NCBI GenBank assembly: GCA_035403785.1
Contig: DAONFW010000006.1
Span: forward strand, 1-56,553
DNA from: Minisyncoccota bacterium
Lineage (GTDB): Bacteria > Patescibacteriota > Minisyncoccia > Phycocordibacterales > UBA9973
DNA: 56,553 bases
Direction of reading: 5' to 3'
The translations under genes were made by a program, and so were the position numbers. This document shows, piece after piece, positions 37,679 through 45,241 of the stretch. Under the pieces are notes generated by a model. The model ran no database searches and was not told the origin of the DNA. It saw only the letters and a program-made list of their open reading frames with translations. Positions within the stretch are counted from its first letter, which is position 1. Every line of letters starts with the position of its first letter.

Positions 37679-38899
37679 ATGCCTGATTTCATTAAAAAAA
37701 GAAAAAAAATTTTCTATGTTCTACTAATCGTAGTGGTTTTTTTTCTTGGCATATTCGTAGGATTTAAAAAACAGCCTTCTTTGGCAAAAGTTATAAATAT
37801 TGCAAATTCAGAAACTCCATCCAAAATAAATGCGGACTTCGAGCCATTTTGGAAAGTTTGGAATTCAATAAATGAAAAATACCCAGACGCAGACAAGGTT
37901 GATAATCAAAAAAGAGTTTACGGCGCAATCGCTGGGTTAGTTAGTTCACTAAATGATCCATATAGTATTTTTTTTAATCCAGAAGAAACAAAAGAATTTA
38001 AAGAAGATATTGCGGGAAGTTTCAGTGGAATTGGATTAGAAGTTGGTATAAAAGACGGAATTCTAACCGCAATTTCGCCGTTGAAAGACACACCGGCTTA
38101 TCAAGCAAATATCAAGCCAGGCGATAAAATTTTGAAAATTAATGACACTCTTACTTCAGATCTTTCCATCGAAGAAGCAATCGATTTGATTCGAGGAGAA
38201 GTTGGCACAGCTGTTTCTTTGACTATTTTCCGTGATGGAGAAAAAGATCCTAAAGAAATAAAAATTGTTAGACAAACAATAAATGTTCCAACACTTGAGA
38301 CAGAAAAAAGAGACGACGGTATTTTTATCATAAGACTTTACAGTTTCACTGAGAATTCTCCAGAACTATTTAAAAAAGCATTAAAAGAATTTGCTAAAGC
38401 TAACTCAGATAAGTTAATTCTAGACTTGCGAGGAAATCCAGGAGGATATCTAGAAGCTGCGGTTAATATCTCAAGTTGGTTCTTACCAGACGGAAAAGTT
38501 ATTGTGACAGAAGATTATGGCGACGACATAAGTCCAAAAGATTACAGAAGTCTCGGCTACGATGTATTTTCAGAAAAACTTAAATTTGTAATTCTGATAG
38601 ACGAAGGTTCTGCTTCCGCTTCAGAAATAGTTGCTGGCGCGATGCAAGATTATAAAAAAGCAATTTTGGTTGGAACAAAAAGTTACGGAAAAGGTTCTGT
38701 GCAAGAGCTCGTAGACGTAACTCCAGACACAGTACTGAAAATTACAGTAGCAAAATGGCTTACTCCAAATGGAAATTCAATTTCAGAAAAAGGCTTAACT
38801 CCTGATTATGAAGTAAAATACACAAAAGAAGATTTCGAGAAAAAAATTGATCCTCAATTAAACAAAGCAGTCGAATTATTAAAAAATTGGCCAAAATAA
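37679..38899 (+). CDS. S41 carboxy-terminal processing peptidase with PDZ domain
   Basis: TM anchor, PDZ ([11 protein letters not shown]), an S41 core ([17 protein letters not shown]) and a catalytic Lys region (SYGKGSVQ). Confidence 0.88.
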   Translation: MPDFIKKRKKIFYVLLIVVVFFLGIFVGFKKQPSLAKVINIANSETPSKINADFEPFWKVWNSINEKYPDADKVDNQKRVYGAIAGLVSSLNDPYSIFFNPEETKEFKEDIAGSFSGIGLEVGIKDGILTAISPLKDTPAYQANIKPGDKILKINDTLTSDLSIEEAIDLIRGEVGTAVSLTIFRDGEKDPKEIKIVRQTINVPTLETEKRDDGIFIIRLYSFTENSPELFKKALKEFAKANSDKLILDLRGNPGGYLEAAVNISSWFLPDGKVIVTEDYGDDISPKDYRSLGYDVFSEKLKFVILIDEGSASASEIVAGAMQDYKKAILVGTKSYGKGSVQELVDVTPDTVLKITVAKWLTPNGNSISEKGLTPDYEVKYTKEDFEKKIDPQLNKAVELLKNWPK

Positions 38900-38909
38900 A
38901 AACAAAAAT

Positions 38910-39353
38910 ATGAAAGTTATATTTCTAAAAGATGTACCAAGAGTAGGGAAGAAGCATGACGTCAAAGAAATTAATGACGGTTACGCTATCAATTTTTTAT
39001 TTCCTAGAAAGTTAGCAGAAATGGCTACGCCTTCCAATATCGCTGCGTTAGAAAGAAGAAAAAAAGAAGTAGAAATTACCAAAGAAATTCAAGACGAACT
39101 ACTCGATAAAAATTTGGAAGAAATAAAAAATAAAACTATCACAATCAGAGGCAAAGCCAACGACAAAGGTAGCCTGTTTTCTGCTATCAAACAAAAAGAT
39201 TTGATAGATGAATTAAAAAAAGAACACAGAATAGATATCAAAGAAGAATTTATTTTGTTAGATAAACCAATCAAAGAAATTGGTGAATATGATATTCAAA
39301 TTAAAATAAAAAATAAGACCGGTTCGTTTAAGCTGATAGTGGAGAAAATATAA
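38910..39353 (+). CDS. rplI: 50S ribosomal protein L9
   Basis: MKVIFLKDV...[25 protein letters not shown]-terminal L9 signature, 147 aa. Confidence 0.92.
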   Translation: MKVIFLKDVPRVGKKHDVKEINDGYAINFLFPRKLAEMATPSNIAALERRKKEVEITKEIQDELLDKNLEEIKNKTITIRGKANDKGSLFSAIKQKDLIDELKKEHRIDIKEEFILLDKPIKEIGEYDIQIKIKNKTGSFKLIVEKI

Positions 39354-39360
39354 AAATATC

Positions 39361-40242
39361 ATGCAGAAACTAAAAAAATATAAAAACAAAAGATATTTTT
39401 TCTTTATTTTTGTTTTTATTTCAGTCTTTCCAATTTTTACTTTTGCTCATCAACCTAGAATTCCAGATTCTAACCAGACGGTAGTACTAGATCCAGAAAT
39501 TTCAAAAGCATATTATGCAAAACTTTCCGGCGATCCTCAGGTTTATACTATTTCTTCTGATAAAGCTTTTAATCTATACGTGAACATTTTAGTGCCAGAT
39601 ATCGCTGATCAGAAAAAAGATGTAAATCTCGCGCTTTTCAAAAAGAACGGCCAGAGTTCTACGGCCGACGAGCTTTTGACTATTTTTGATAACGGCAATA
39701 ATAATTGGGAAAAATTTTTTGAGCCATTTGGATATGATAGTTATTGGAAAGGCGCAGAATACAGACAGGCAGTTCCAGCCGGAAATTACGAAATCAGAAT
39801 TTGGAGTTCAAACAATGATAGTAAATATGTTTTAGCTGTAGGAGAAAAAGAATCTTTTCCACTGAAAGAAACTTTACGCACAGTGAAACTCATACCTGAG
39901 ATAAAAAAGAATTTTTTTAACGAATCTCCGATTAATTTCATTCTTTCACCAATAGGTTGGGGATTTGTTTTGGTTGTGTTTATTCTAGCTTTCATAATAG
40001 GATTTATTTTCAGACTGTTAGTAAGAAAAATAGCAAAAAGGAAAAACAGAACCACAACTAGAAATATTGGAAAAACAGATCGTATTTTCCGAGCAATTTT
40101 AGGATTAGCTTTATTCTTGATAGCTATAAGTACTTCCTGGAGCCCAATTTTGCTGTTTTTAGCCGGTTTTATGCTGTTTGAAGCTATTTTCTCATGGTGT
40201 GGATTCTATGCTGCTGTAGGTAAAAACACGTGTCCGAGATAA
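39361..40242 (+). CDS. secreted domain fused to YgaP-like (DUF2892) membrane domain
   Basis: Signal peptide and a ~190-aa extracytoplasmic domain, followed by TM helices ending ...FSWCGFYAAVGKNTCP, typical of DUF2892. Confidence 0.5.
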   Translation: MQKLKKYKNKRYFFFIFVFISVFPIFTFAHQPRIPDSNQTVVLDPEISKAYYAKLSGDPQVYTISSDKAFNLYVNILVPDIADQKKDVNLALFKKNGQSSTADELLTIFDNGNNNWEKFFEPFGYDSYWKGAEYRQAVPAGNYEIRIWSSNNDSKYVLAVGEKESFPLKETLRTVKLIPEIKKNFFNESPINFILSPIGWGFVLVVFILAFIIGFIFRLLVRKIAKRKNRTTTRNIGKTDRIFRAILGLALFLIAISTSWSPILLFLAGFMLFEAIFSWCGFYAAVGKNTCPR

Positions 40243-40261
40243 TATTATAAAATATAAAAAT

Positions 40262-40525
40262 ATGAACGAAATAGAACAAATAAAAAAAGACATAGCAGAA
40301 ATCAAAGAAAGAAATGCCCGTGTAGAGCAAGACAAGGCATGGGAGACAAGTTTGGTAAGAAAGATAGTAATCGCAATAATGACTTATATTGTTATTGTTT
40401 TGTTTTTCTTTTTTGCAGGATTTTCTAGTCCATTCATAAATGCAATAGTTCCGACTATTGGTTTTTTACTTTCTACTCTTTCAATATCGTTTGCTAGAAA
40501 GATTTGGATAAAAATGAAACAATAA
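40262..40525 (+). CDS. small membrane protein
   Basis: 87 aa with a charged N-terminal helix and two TM helices. Confidence 0.45.
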   Translation: MNEIEQIKKDIAEIKERNARVEQDKAWETSLVRKIVIAIMTYIVIVLFFFFAGFSSPFINAIVPTIGFLLSTLSISFARKIWIKMKQ

Positions 40526-40569
40526 AAATATAAAATAATTTTGTATTAAAAAAATTATCTAGTGAAAAA

Positions 40570-41076
40570 ATGAAAAAATCCATTAACGTTTCTGACAAAA
40601 TGCAAAAGAATTACAAATATCAGCTTGTAGAGCCGATGGGAAAAAACTTTGATTCTAGATTCAAACCAGATCTCACACCGAAACAAATGCTCAAGCTTGG
40701 GATTTTTGGTGGTAAATATATGACTGATTGTCAGAAAGAATTTCCAAAAGATTGGTATAAAGGCGTAAAACTTTCTCCGAAATTTCACGATCCAAAATTA
40801 AATTATTTCAAAGTTAATGCCAGCCAGCCACTTTCTGTGTGGCGCAAAAAAGGCTGGATTTACAAAGAAGATCCAAGAGGCTGGTTCCAATGGTATTGCA
40901 GATATTATATGGGCCGTAGAATACAAAAAGAAGATGACAGGCAAATCAAGCGCTGGCTGGCAATTCGCAGACATATAGCGCAAATTAAGAAAAATTGTAG
41001 GACAGGAGACGAATTTTGTCGTCCGGTACAAAGGCAGGCGGTTTTACACTGGGCTTACGATAGTCGAAAATTATAA
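40570..41076 (+). CDS. conserved-looking Trp/Arg-rich hypothetical protein
   Basis: 168-aa soluble ORF with a distinctive RGWFQWYCRYYMGRR...IKRW block. I cannot name the family. Confidence 0.55.
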   Translation: MKKSINVSDKMQKNYKYQLVEPMGKNFDSRFKPDLTPKQMLKLGIFGGKYMTDCQKEFPKDWYKGVKLSPKFHDPKLNYFKVNASQPLSVWRKKGWIYKEDPRGWFQWYCRYYMGRRIQKEDDRQIKRWLAIRRHIAQIKKNCRTGDEFCRPVQRQAVLHWAYDSRKL

Positions 41077-41096
41077 TCTTCTGATATAATTTTAAT

Positions 41097-41882
41097 ATGA
41101 GAACAAAAACAATTTTAATCATAATCGCAATACTTTTGATAGTAGTGAGCGGCGCTTTGTATGTGGAAAATAGAAAAAATCACCAACAAAGTGAAAATGA
41201 AACTTTATTAAATCAAAACCAAACACAAAACAATTCTGATATATCACAAACTGAACAACCTGATGTTGTCGCTCGTTTTGTTTGTCCAACTGGCGCTTAT
41301 ATCGACGCAAAATTTTACAATAAAGAACCAAACAATTCTGTCGATATTACTTTGAGCGACGGAAGAAATTATAAATTGCCACAAGTTATTTCCGCTTCTG
41401 GCGCAAGATATGCAAATAGTGACGAAAGTTTTGTTTTCTGGAATAAAGGCGACATGGCTTTTACTTTAGAAAATGACAAAATTGCACTAAATGAATGTTA
41501 TACAAAAAGTCAGGAAGATAGAAGCACGACAAGCACAAATATTGTTGGTGGAGACAGAGACGCTCATGGATGTATCGGTAGCGCAAGATATTCTTGGTGC
41601 GCAGTAAAAAATAAATGTTTAAGAATTTGGGAAGAAAAATGTGAAGTAACTAATTCTTCTGACGCTAAAATAATTTTAGACGCAACAAACAAAAAAGTTT
41701 CTTGCGAGAGTAATGGGGGAGTGTGGTATTCTGATAATAATACTTGTGAAATAAATTCTCTTTCTGAAACTTCTTGTATTGCAAAAGGTGGAGAATTTAA
41801 TTCTTGCGCTTCCGCTTGCCGTCATGATCCAAAAGCAGAAATCTGCACAATGCAGTGCGTTTTGACTTGTACTTTTAAATAG
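41097..41882 (+). CDS. membrane-anchored MliC-like domain protein with Cys-rich C-terminal module
   Basis: TM anchor. The segment ARFVCPTGAYIDAKFYN...ITLSDGRNYKLPQVISASGARYANSDESFVFWNKGD matches the MliC (lysozyme-inhibitor) pattern. It is followed by 16 Cys in ~120 aa. Confidence 0.6.
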   Translation: MRTKTILIIIAILLIVVSGALYVENRKNHQQSENETLLNQNQTQNNSDISQTEQPDVVARFVCPTGAYIDAKFYNKEPNNSVDITLSDGRNYKLPQVISASGARYANSDESFVFWNKGDMAFTLENDKIALNECYTKSQEDRSTTSTNIVGGDRDAHGCIGSARYSWCAVKNKCLRIWEEKCEVTNSSDAKIILDATNKKVSCESNGGVWYSDNNTCEINSLSETSCIAKGGEFNSCASACRHDPKAEICTMQCVLTCTFK

Positions 41883-41928
41883 ATAAATAAGTTAGTAAAT
41901 TAAAAGTTTAATTAAAAAAAATAAATAT

Positions 41929-42327
41929 ATGAGCAATGCAACTATTTGGTATTCGCAATTAATAAAACCAACTTGGGCACCGCCACCTTGGTTGTTTGGA
42001 CCTGTTTGGACAATACTTTACATAATAATTCTAATCTCTTTCGGTACAGTCCTTTTGAGATTTTTTGAAGGGAAATTGTCTAAAAAAATAATTTTGCCGT
42101 TTATTTTAAACTTAATATTCAATTTTATTTTCAGTCCAGTTCAGTTTGTTTTACAAAATAATATTCTAGCGGCGATAGATATTGTTTTAATCCTTGGCAC
42201 GTTGATCTGGGCAATGATCGCAATTTATCCAAAAATGAAATGGGTAGCTTATGTAAATATTCCTTATCTAATTTGGGTTTCTTTCGCTACTGTTTTGCAA
42301 TTTACAGTAACTTTTTTAAACATATAA
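41929..42327 (+). CDS. tspO: TspO/MBR family tryptophan-rich membrane protein
   Basis: WYSQLIKPTWAPPPWLFGPVWTILY signature. Shorter than usual at 132 aa. Confidence 0.75.
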   Translation: MSNATIWYSQLIKPTWAPPPWLFGPVWTILYIIILISFGTVLLRFFEGKLSKKIILPFILNLIFNFIFSPVQFVLQNNILAAIDIVLILGTLIWAMIAIYPKMKWVAYVNIPYLIWVSFATVLQFTVTFLNI

Positions 42328-42336
42328 TTTAAAAAT

Positions 42337-42771
42337 ATGAAAAAATCTAAAATTTCTTTATTGATATTTTCTCTAGCTGGATTTTTATTTTCAGGTTATA
42401 TGAGCAATATAAAAATCTTCTCAAACACCTGCGCATTCGGAGAAACTTGCCCGTTGTTTTTAGGAATTCCTGCTTGTTATTACGGTTTTACAATCTTCAC
42501 TTTGATACTTATCTTCTCCATAATTTTTGCATTCAAGAAGGCGAGTATTGGCTCCATAACTAATTCGATTTTTTACACTGCGTTAGTTGGCGTATTCTTT
42601 TCCGGATATTTTGCTATGCAAGAATTTCCAATGTTACTCAAAAATGGATTTAGCACATACAAATTTGGTTTACCAACTTGTATAATGGGATTTCTTTTCT
42701 TTGTAATAATTTTTATTATTTCAATATTTTTGAAAAAAGAAATAAAAAATCAAAAAATTATTTTAGAATAA
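42337..42771 (+). CDS. four-TM membrane protein with Cys pair in first loop
   Basis: Hydrophobic profile plus a CAFGETC...PAC segment. It is VKOR/DsbB-like only loosely, with no second CxxC. Confidence 0.45.
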   Translation: MKKSKISLLIFSLAGFLFSGYMSNIKIFSNTCAFGETCPLFLGIPACYYGFTIFTLILIFSIIFAFKKASIGSITNSIFYTALVGVFFSGYFAMQEFPMLLKNGFSTYKFGLPTCIMGFLFFVIIFIISIFLKKEIKNQKIILE

Positions 42772-42844
42772 CTATACTATATTGCTTTATATAAATTTTT
42801 TTGTTTTAATTAACTACAGAACAACCCTAAAAAACTTAATAAAG

Positions 42845-43219
42845 ATGAGTAGAACAAAACTGGTTCGAACAAAAGGACATCACAGAAGGCCTAGCTCATT
42901 AAAAGGAACCGATTCAAAAGCCAACATCTCTTATGTAGAACCTAAGCTGCATGAAAATTGGCACCTATTATTCGGAAACCTTAACGCTTACCAAATCTGT
43001 GAACTTTTACAAAAGGAACCGGAAATGCCTAAAGGAATTTTTGTAACTTGTGAATTTATTAACGGTAATCCCGTTGGAGTTGAAGGGAAACATTATTGTA
43101 AAAACAAAAACAAAAGAAGAATTGCCTGGAAAATTCTTTTTGGAGAAATGCCGTTCAGTGAAATAATAAGTTACATTAACAATGTATGGCTGGATCCGGC
43201 TTACCATTTTTATTTTTAG
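42845..43219 (+). CDS. small HNH-like (beta-beta-alpha-Me) motif protein
   Basis: GHHRRPSSLKG-x6-N-x9-LHENWHLLF resembles the HH..P.S.GG...N....H...H nuclease motif. Own GC-rich terminator. Less AT-rich than its neighbours. Confidence 0.45.
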   Translation: MSRTKLVRTKGHHRRPSSLKGTDSKANISYVEPKLHENWHLLFGNLNAYQICELLQKEPEMPKGIFVTCEFINGNPVGVEGKHYCKNKNKRRIAWKILFGEMPFSEIISYINNVWLDPAYHFYF

Positions 43220-43234
43220 ATTTTTTATAAAAAG

Positions 43235-43269
43235 CCCGTTGGATTTTATTCTAACGGGTTATTTTTTAT
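43235..43269 (+). terminator. intrinsic terminator after the HNH-like gene
   Basis: CCCGTT (43235-43240) / AACGGG (43253-43258) followed by TTATTTTTT. Confidence 0.7.
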
Positions 43270-43274
43270 AAACT

Positions 43275-43583
43275 AAAAACGGACGGCCCCATAAGGAAAC
43301 CGTCCTAATCGTAATAAGATGAGCATTCTGACTGTGGGGGATTCAAACCCTTGCTGAGTTTTTTTCAGCTCCATTTTCTGATAGTCTCTTTCCTCAAAAG
43401 AATATTTTGAGGAGGAACTGAATTAAAAAGTTTTTTGAATTTCTCTCGTCCTCCATAAAACAATTTAATTTTAATCAGACGTTCTACCCGTTACTAGGAA
43501 GCGTCTCTGTGATTAAAAATCAGAGGGAAATCGACAACTGTTATCCTTGAACTAATTCAGGTGCAGAATGCTAAAAAACGACT
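43275..43583 (-). ncRNA. unclassified structured RNA candidate (~310 nt)
   Basis: ORF-free gap. Minus-strand promoter TTGACT (43618-43613), 17-nt spacer, TATTAT (43595-43590). Terminator GGACGG/CCGTCC (43305-43281) plus U5. A 9-bp long-range helix joins 43572-43564 with 43330-43322, and there are several internal hairpins. Confidence 0.6.
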
Positions 43584-43623
43584 ATTTATATAATATCATA
43601 AGTATTATCAAAAGTCAATATAT

Positions 43624-43650
43624 TAAAAAATCCCCAGAAAATTCTGAGGA
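43624..43650 (-). terminator. intrinsic terminator after rpmA
   Basis: Minus strand UCCUCAGA / UCUGGGGA (one G-U, which would be a C-A mismatch on the plus strand) followed by UUUUUU. Confidence 0.7.
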
Positions 43651-43666
43651 CTTTTTAATTTATTTT

Positions 43667-43939
43667 TTATATAACGCTTACAGTTTTCTTTGTTGAGACT
43701 TTGTTGTCGTATGAAGTCTTTCTCTTTGAACCAAACTTTACCGTTCCATCTTTTAGAGCGAATAGGGTATGATCTTTTCCTGTTCCAACATTTTTTCCTG
43801 CCAAGATAGCTGTACCTCTCTGACGAACTATAACAGAACCGGTTTGAGCCTTCTGGCCGTCATAAAGCTTAGTACCTAGGTACTTTGGTTGTGAGTCTCT
43901 TAAGTTTTTGGCTGTTCCGCCGGCTTTTCTATGTGCCAT
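43667..43939 (-). CDS. rpmA: 50S ribosomal protein L27
   Basis: [29 protein letters not shown]... canonical L27 N-terminus, 90 aa. No rplU is adjacent. Confidence 0.95.
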   Translation of the reverse strand: MAHRKAGGTAKNLRDSQPKYLGTKLYDGQKAQTGSVIVRQRGTAILAGKNVGTGKDHTLFALKDGTVKFGSKRKTSYDNKVSTKKTVSVI

Positions 43940-44018
43940 ATTGTTTTTATATTATTTTTAACGTTAAATATGTGTTAAAATTAAATTTAATTAACGTTAT
44001 AAAAGTATAAATGATTTC

Positions 44019-44396
44019 ATGAAAAAAATCAAGCGCTTTATTGATAGTGACAAAGGCAAAGATATAATAACTGTATTTATAGTAATTTTAGTAGGTTTAG
44101 GCTCATTTCAATTAGGTAGATTATCTCAAGAAAATGACCCAAATAGCCTTAAAATCGATTTTAAAGGGTCAGAATTAGCCCAATCGGCCTCTGATTCAGA
44201 ATCGGCATCTACTATCGGTCCTAAAACCAGCAAAAACAGCAGTTCGGGGGACTATTTTGGTTCAAATAAAGGAAATAAATATTATCCAATAAATTGTTCC
44301 GCTGGAAAAAATATTATAGAGGAAAATAGAATTTATTTTTCTAGCGCTGACGCAGCAGAAAAAGCTGGCCTCCAACTCTCTGGTTCTTGTGAATAA
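44019..44396 (+). CDS. membrane-anchored protein with Ada-Zn-binding-like (sunset-type) C-terminal domain
   Basis: TM helix, a Ser-rich linker, then KYYPINCSAGKNIIEENRIYFSSADAAEKAGLQLSGSC (the KYH..C...I...N...F.S...A...G...C pattern). Confidence 0.5.
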   Translation: MKKIKRFIDSDKGKDIITVFIVILVGLGSFQLGRLSQENDPNSLKIDFKGSELAQSASDSESASTIGPKTSKNSSSGDYFGSNKGNKYYPINCSAGKNIIEENRIYFSSADAAEKAGLQLSGSCE

Positions 44397-44645
44397 AAGT
44401 CGATATTTTTTAAAGGGAAGAGGCCGATTTGAATTATAATACTACGTCGCACAATATATCTTTGCGACATAGCCTTATACAAATAAGCTTTATTCTACAA
44501 TAAAACTCAAAAATACAGCCACACCTCTCCAGCCTATTTAGTAATTGCTTTACTAAATAAAAAGAATATACTGAAAAAAGAAATAGAATTTTGAAAAAGA
44601 AATAACAAAAACATAATTCTCCCCTAAAACAAAACATAAAAAAAT

Positions 44646-44676
44646 AAAAAGCCGTTTTTCACAACGGCTTTTTTTA
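44646..44676. terminator. bidirectional intrinsic terminator
   Basis: AAAAA-GCCGTT (44651-44656) / AACGGC (44663-44668)-TTTTTTT. It lies directly downstream of the 44689-45048 gene. Confidence 0.75.
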
Positions 44677-44688
44677 TTTATATTTAAT

Positions 44689-45048
44689 TTAATTTGTTTG
44701 CATTTTATCTACTTTCACACGACTGCCGATATTTAAACCTGGAGCATTTTCTTCCATTTCTGTTGGCATGCCATCTTTTATTCTTTGCAAATTGTTGGTG
44801 AATGAACCCCAAAGCAAATCAACAACTACTTTGTCCCAGAATTTATTTGCAGGCTCTTTTAGATATCTATCCCAAACACTTATACCAGCGCCACGAACAT
44901 AAGTAATATTGTCTTGTGCTTCTGGACTTTCTACTACTGTTCTAATGCTTATTTTGAAATAACTTAAAATCAAAATCAGAACAAAAGCTAAGACCAAAAA
45001 TCCGATTACGCTAATCCCCTTGCTACTTTTTTTGTTTAAGTTTTTCAT
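44689..45048 (-). CDS. membrane-anchored hypothetical protein
   Basis: 119 aa with an N-terminal TM helix (ISVIGFLVLAFVLILILSYF) and a soluble C-terminus. Confidence 0.5.
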   Translation of the reverse strand: MKNLNKKSSKGISVIGFLVLAFVLILILSYFKISIRTVVESPEAQDNITYVRGAGISVWDRYLKEPANKFWDKVVVDLLWGSFTNNLQRIKDGMPTEMEENAPGLNIGSRVKVDKMQTN

Positions 45049-45066
45049 TTTATTTTAAATAAATTA

Positions 45067-45219
45067 TTAAGTGAAAACACTTCGAAAAGCATTTATTATC
45101 CAGTTAAACACACCGCTGACTGTCACATGAAAATAAGCTAACAAAAAAACTACCACGATTATTATAAGAATAGTTTTTATAATACCTCCGTTTTTATTTT
45201 TAAAATTATTCATACTCAT
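45067..45219 (-). CDS. 50-aa single-TM peptide (below track cutoff)
   Basis: MSMNNFKNKNGGIIKTILIIIVVVFLLAYFHVTVSGVFNWIINAFRSVFT*. It fills the gap between two same-strand genes. Confidence 0.4.
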   Translation of the reverse strand: MSMNNFKNKNGGIIKTILIIIVVVFLLAYFHVTVSGVFNWIINAFRSVFT

Positions 45220-45241
45220 GTTTATATTTTACCATATTTTA

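Noticed and set aside
43537-43548. GGAUAACAG in the orphan RNA resembling the conserved 23S rRNA domain V sequence (possible rRNA fragment or ribosomal-protein mimic)
   Set aside because: Only 9 nt match and the flanking sequence does not continue the 23S similarity. The RNA also lies downstream, not upstream, of rpmA, so an autoregulatory leader model does not fit.
43275-43583. Calling the orphan RNA RNase P RNA, tmRNA, 6S or 4.5S RNA
   Set aside because: GAGGAAAG is present but misplaced, and the other universally conserved RNase P blocks are absent. There is no GGGG 5' end, no alanine-type acceptor or CCA, and no plausible tag ORF for tmRNA. GGGUUUGAAUCCC is only a weak T-arm mimic. The SRP core is absent, and the length is well above typical 6S RNA. 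It is left unclassified rather than forced.
44434-44637. 67-aa ORF from the track as a real gene
   Set aside because: The translation is dominated by Cys/Phe/Leu with no start context, and it spans hairpins and a terminator-proximal region. This is more likely noncoding or, at most, the short 26-codon ORF discussed in the findings.
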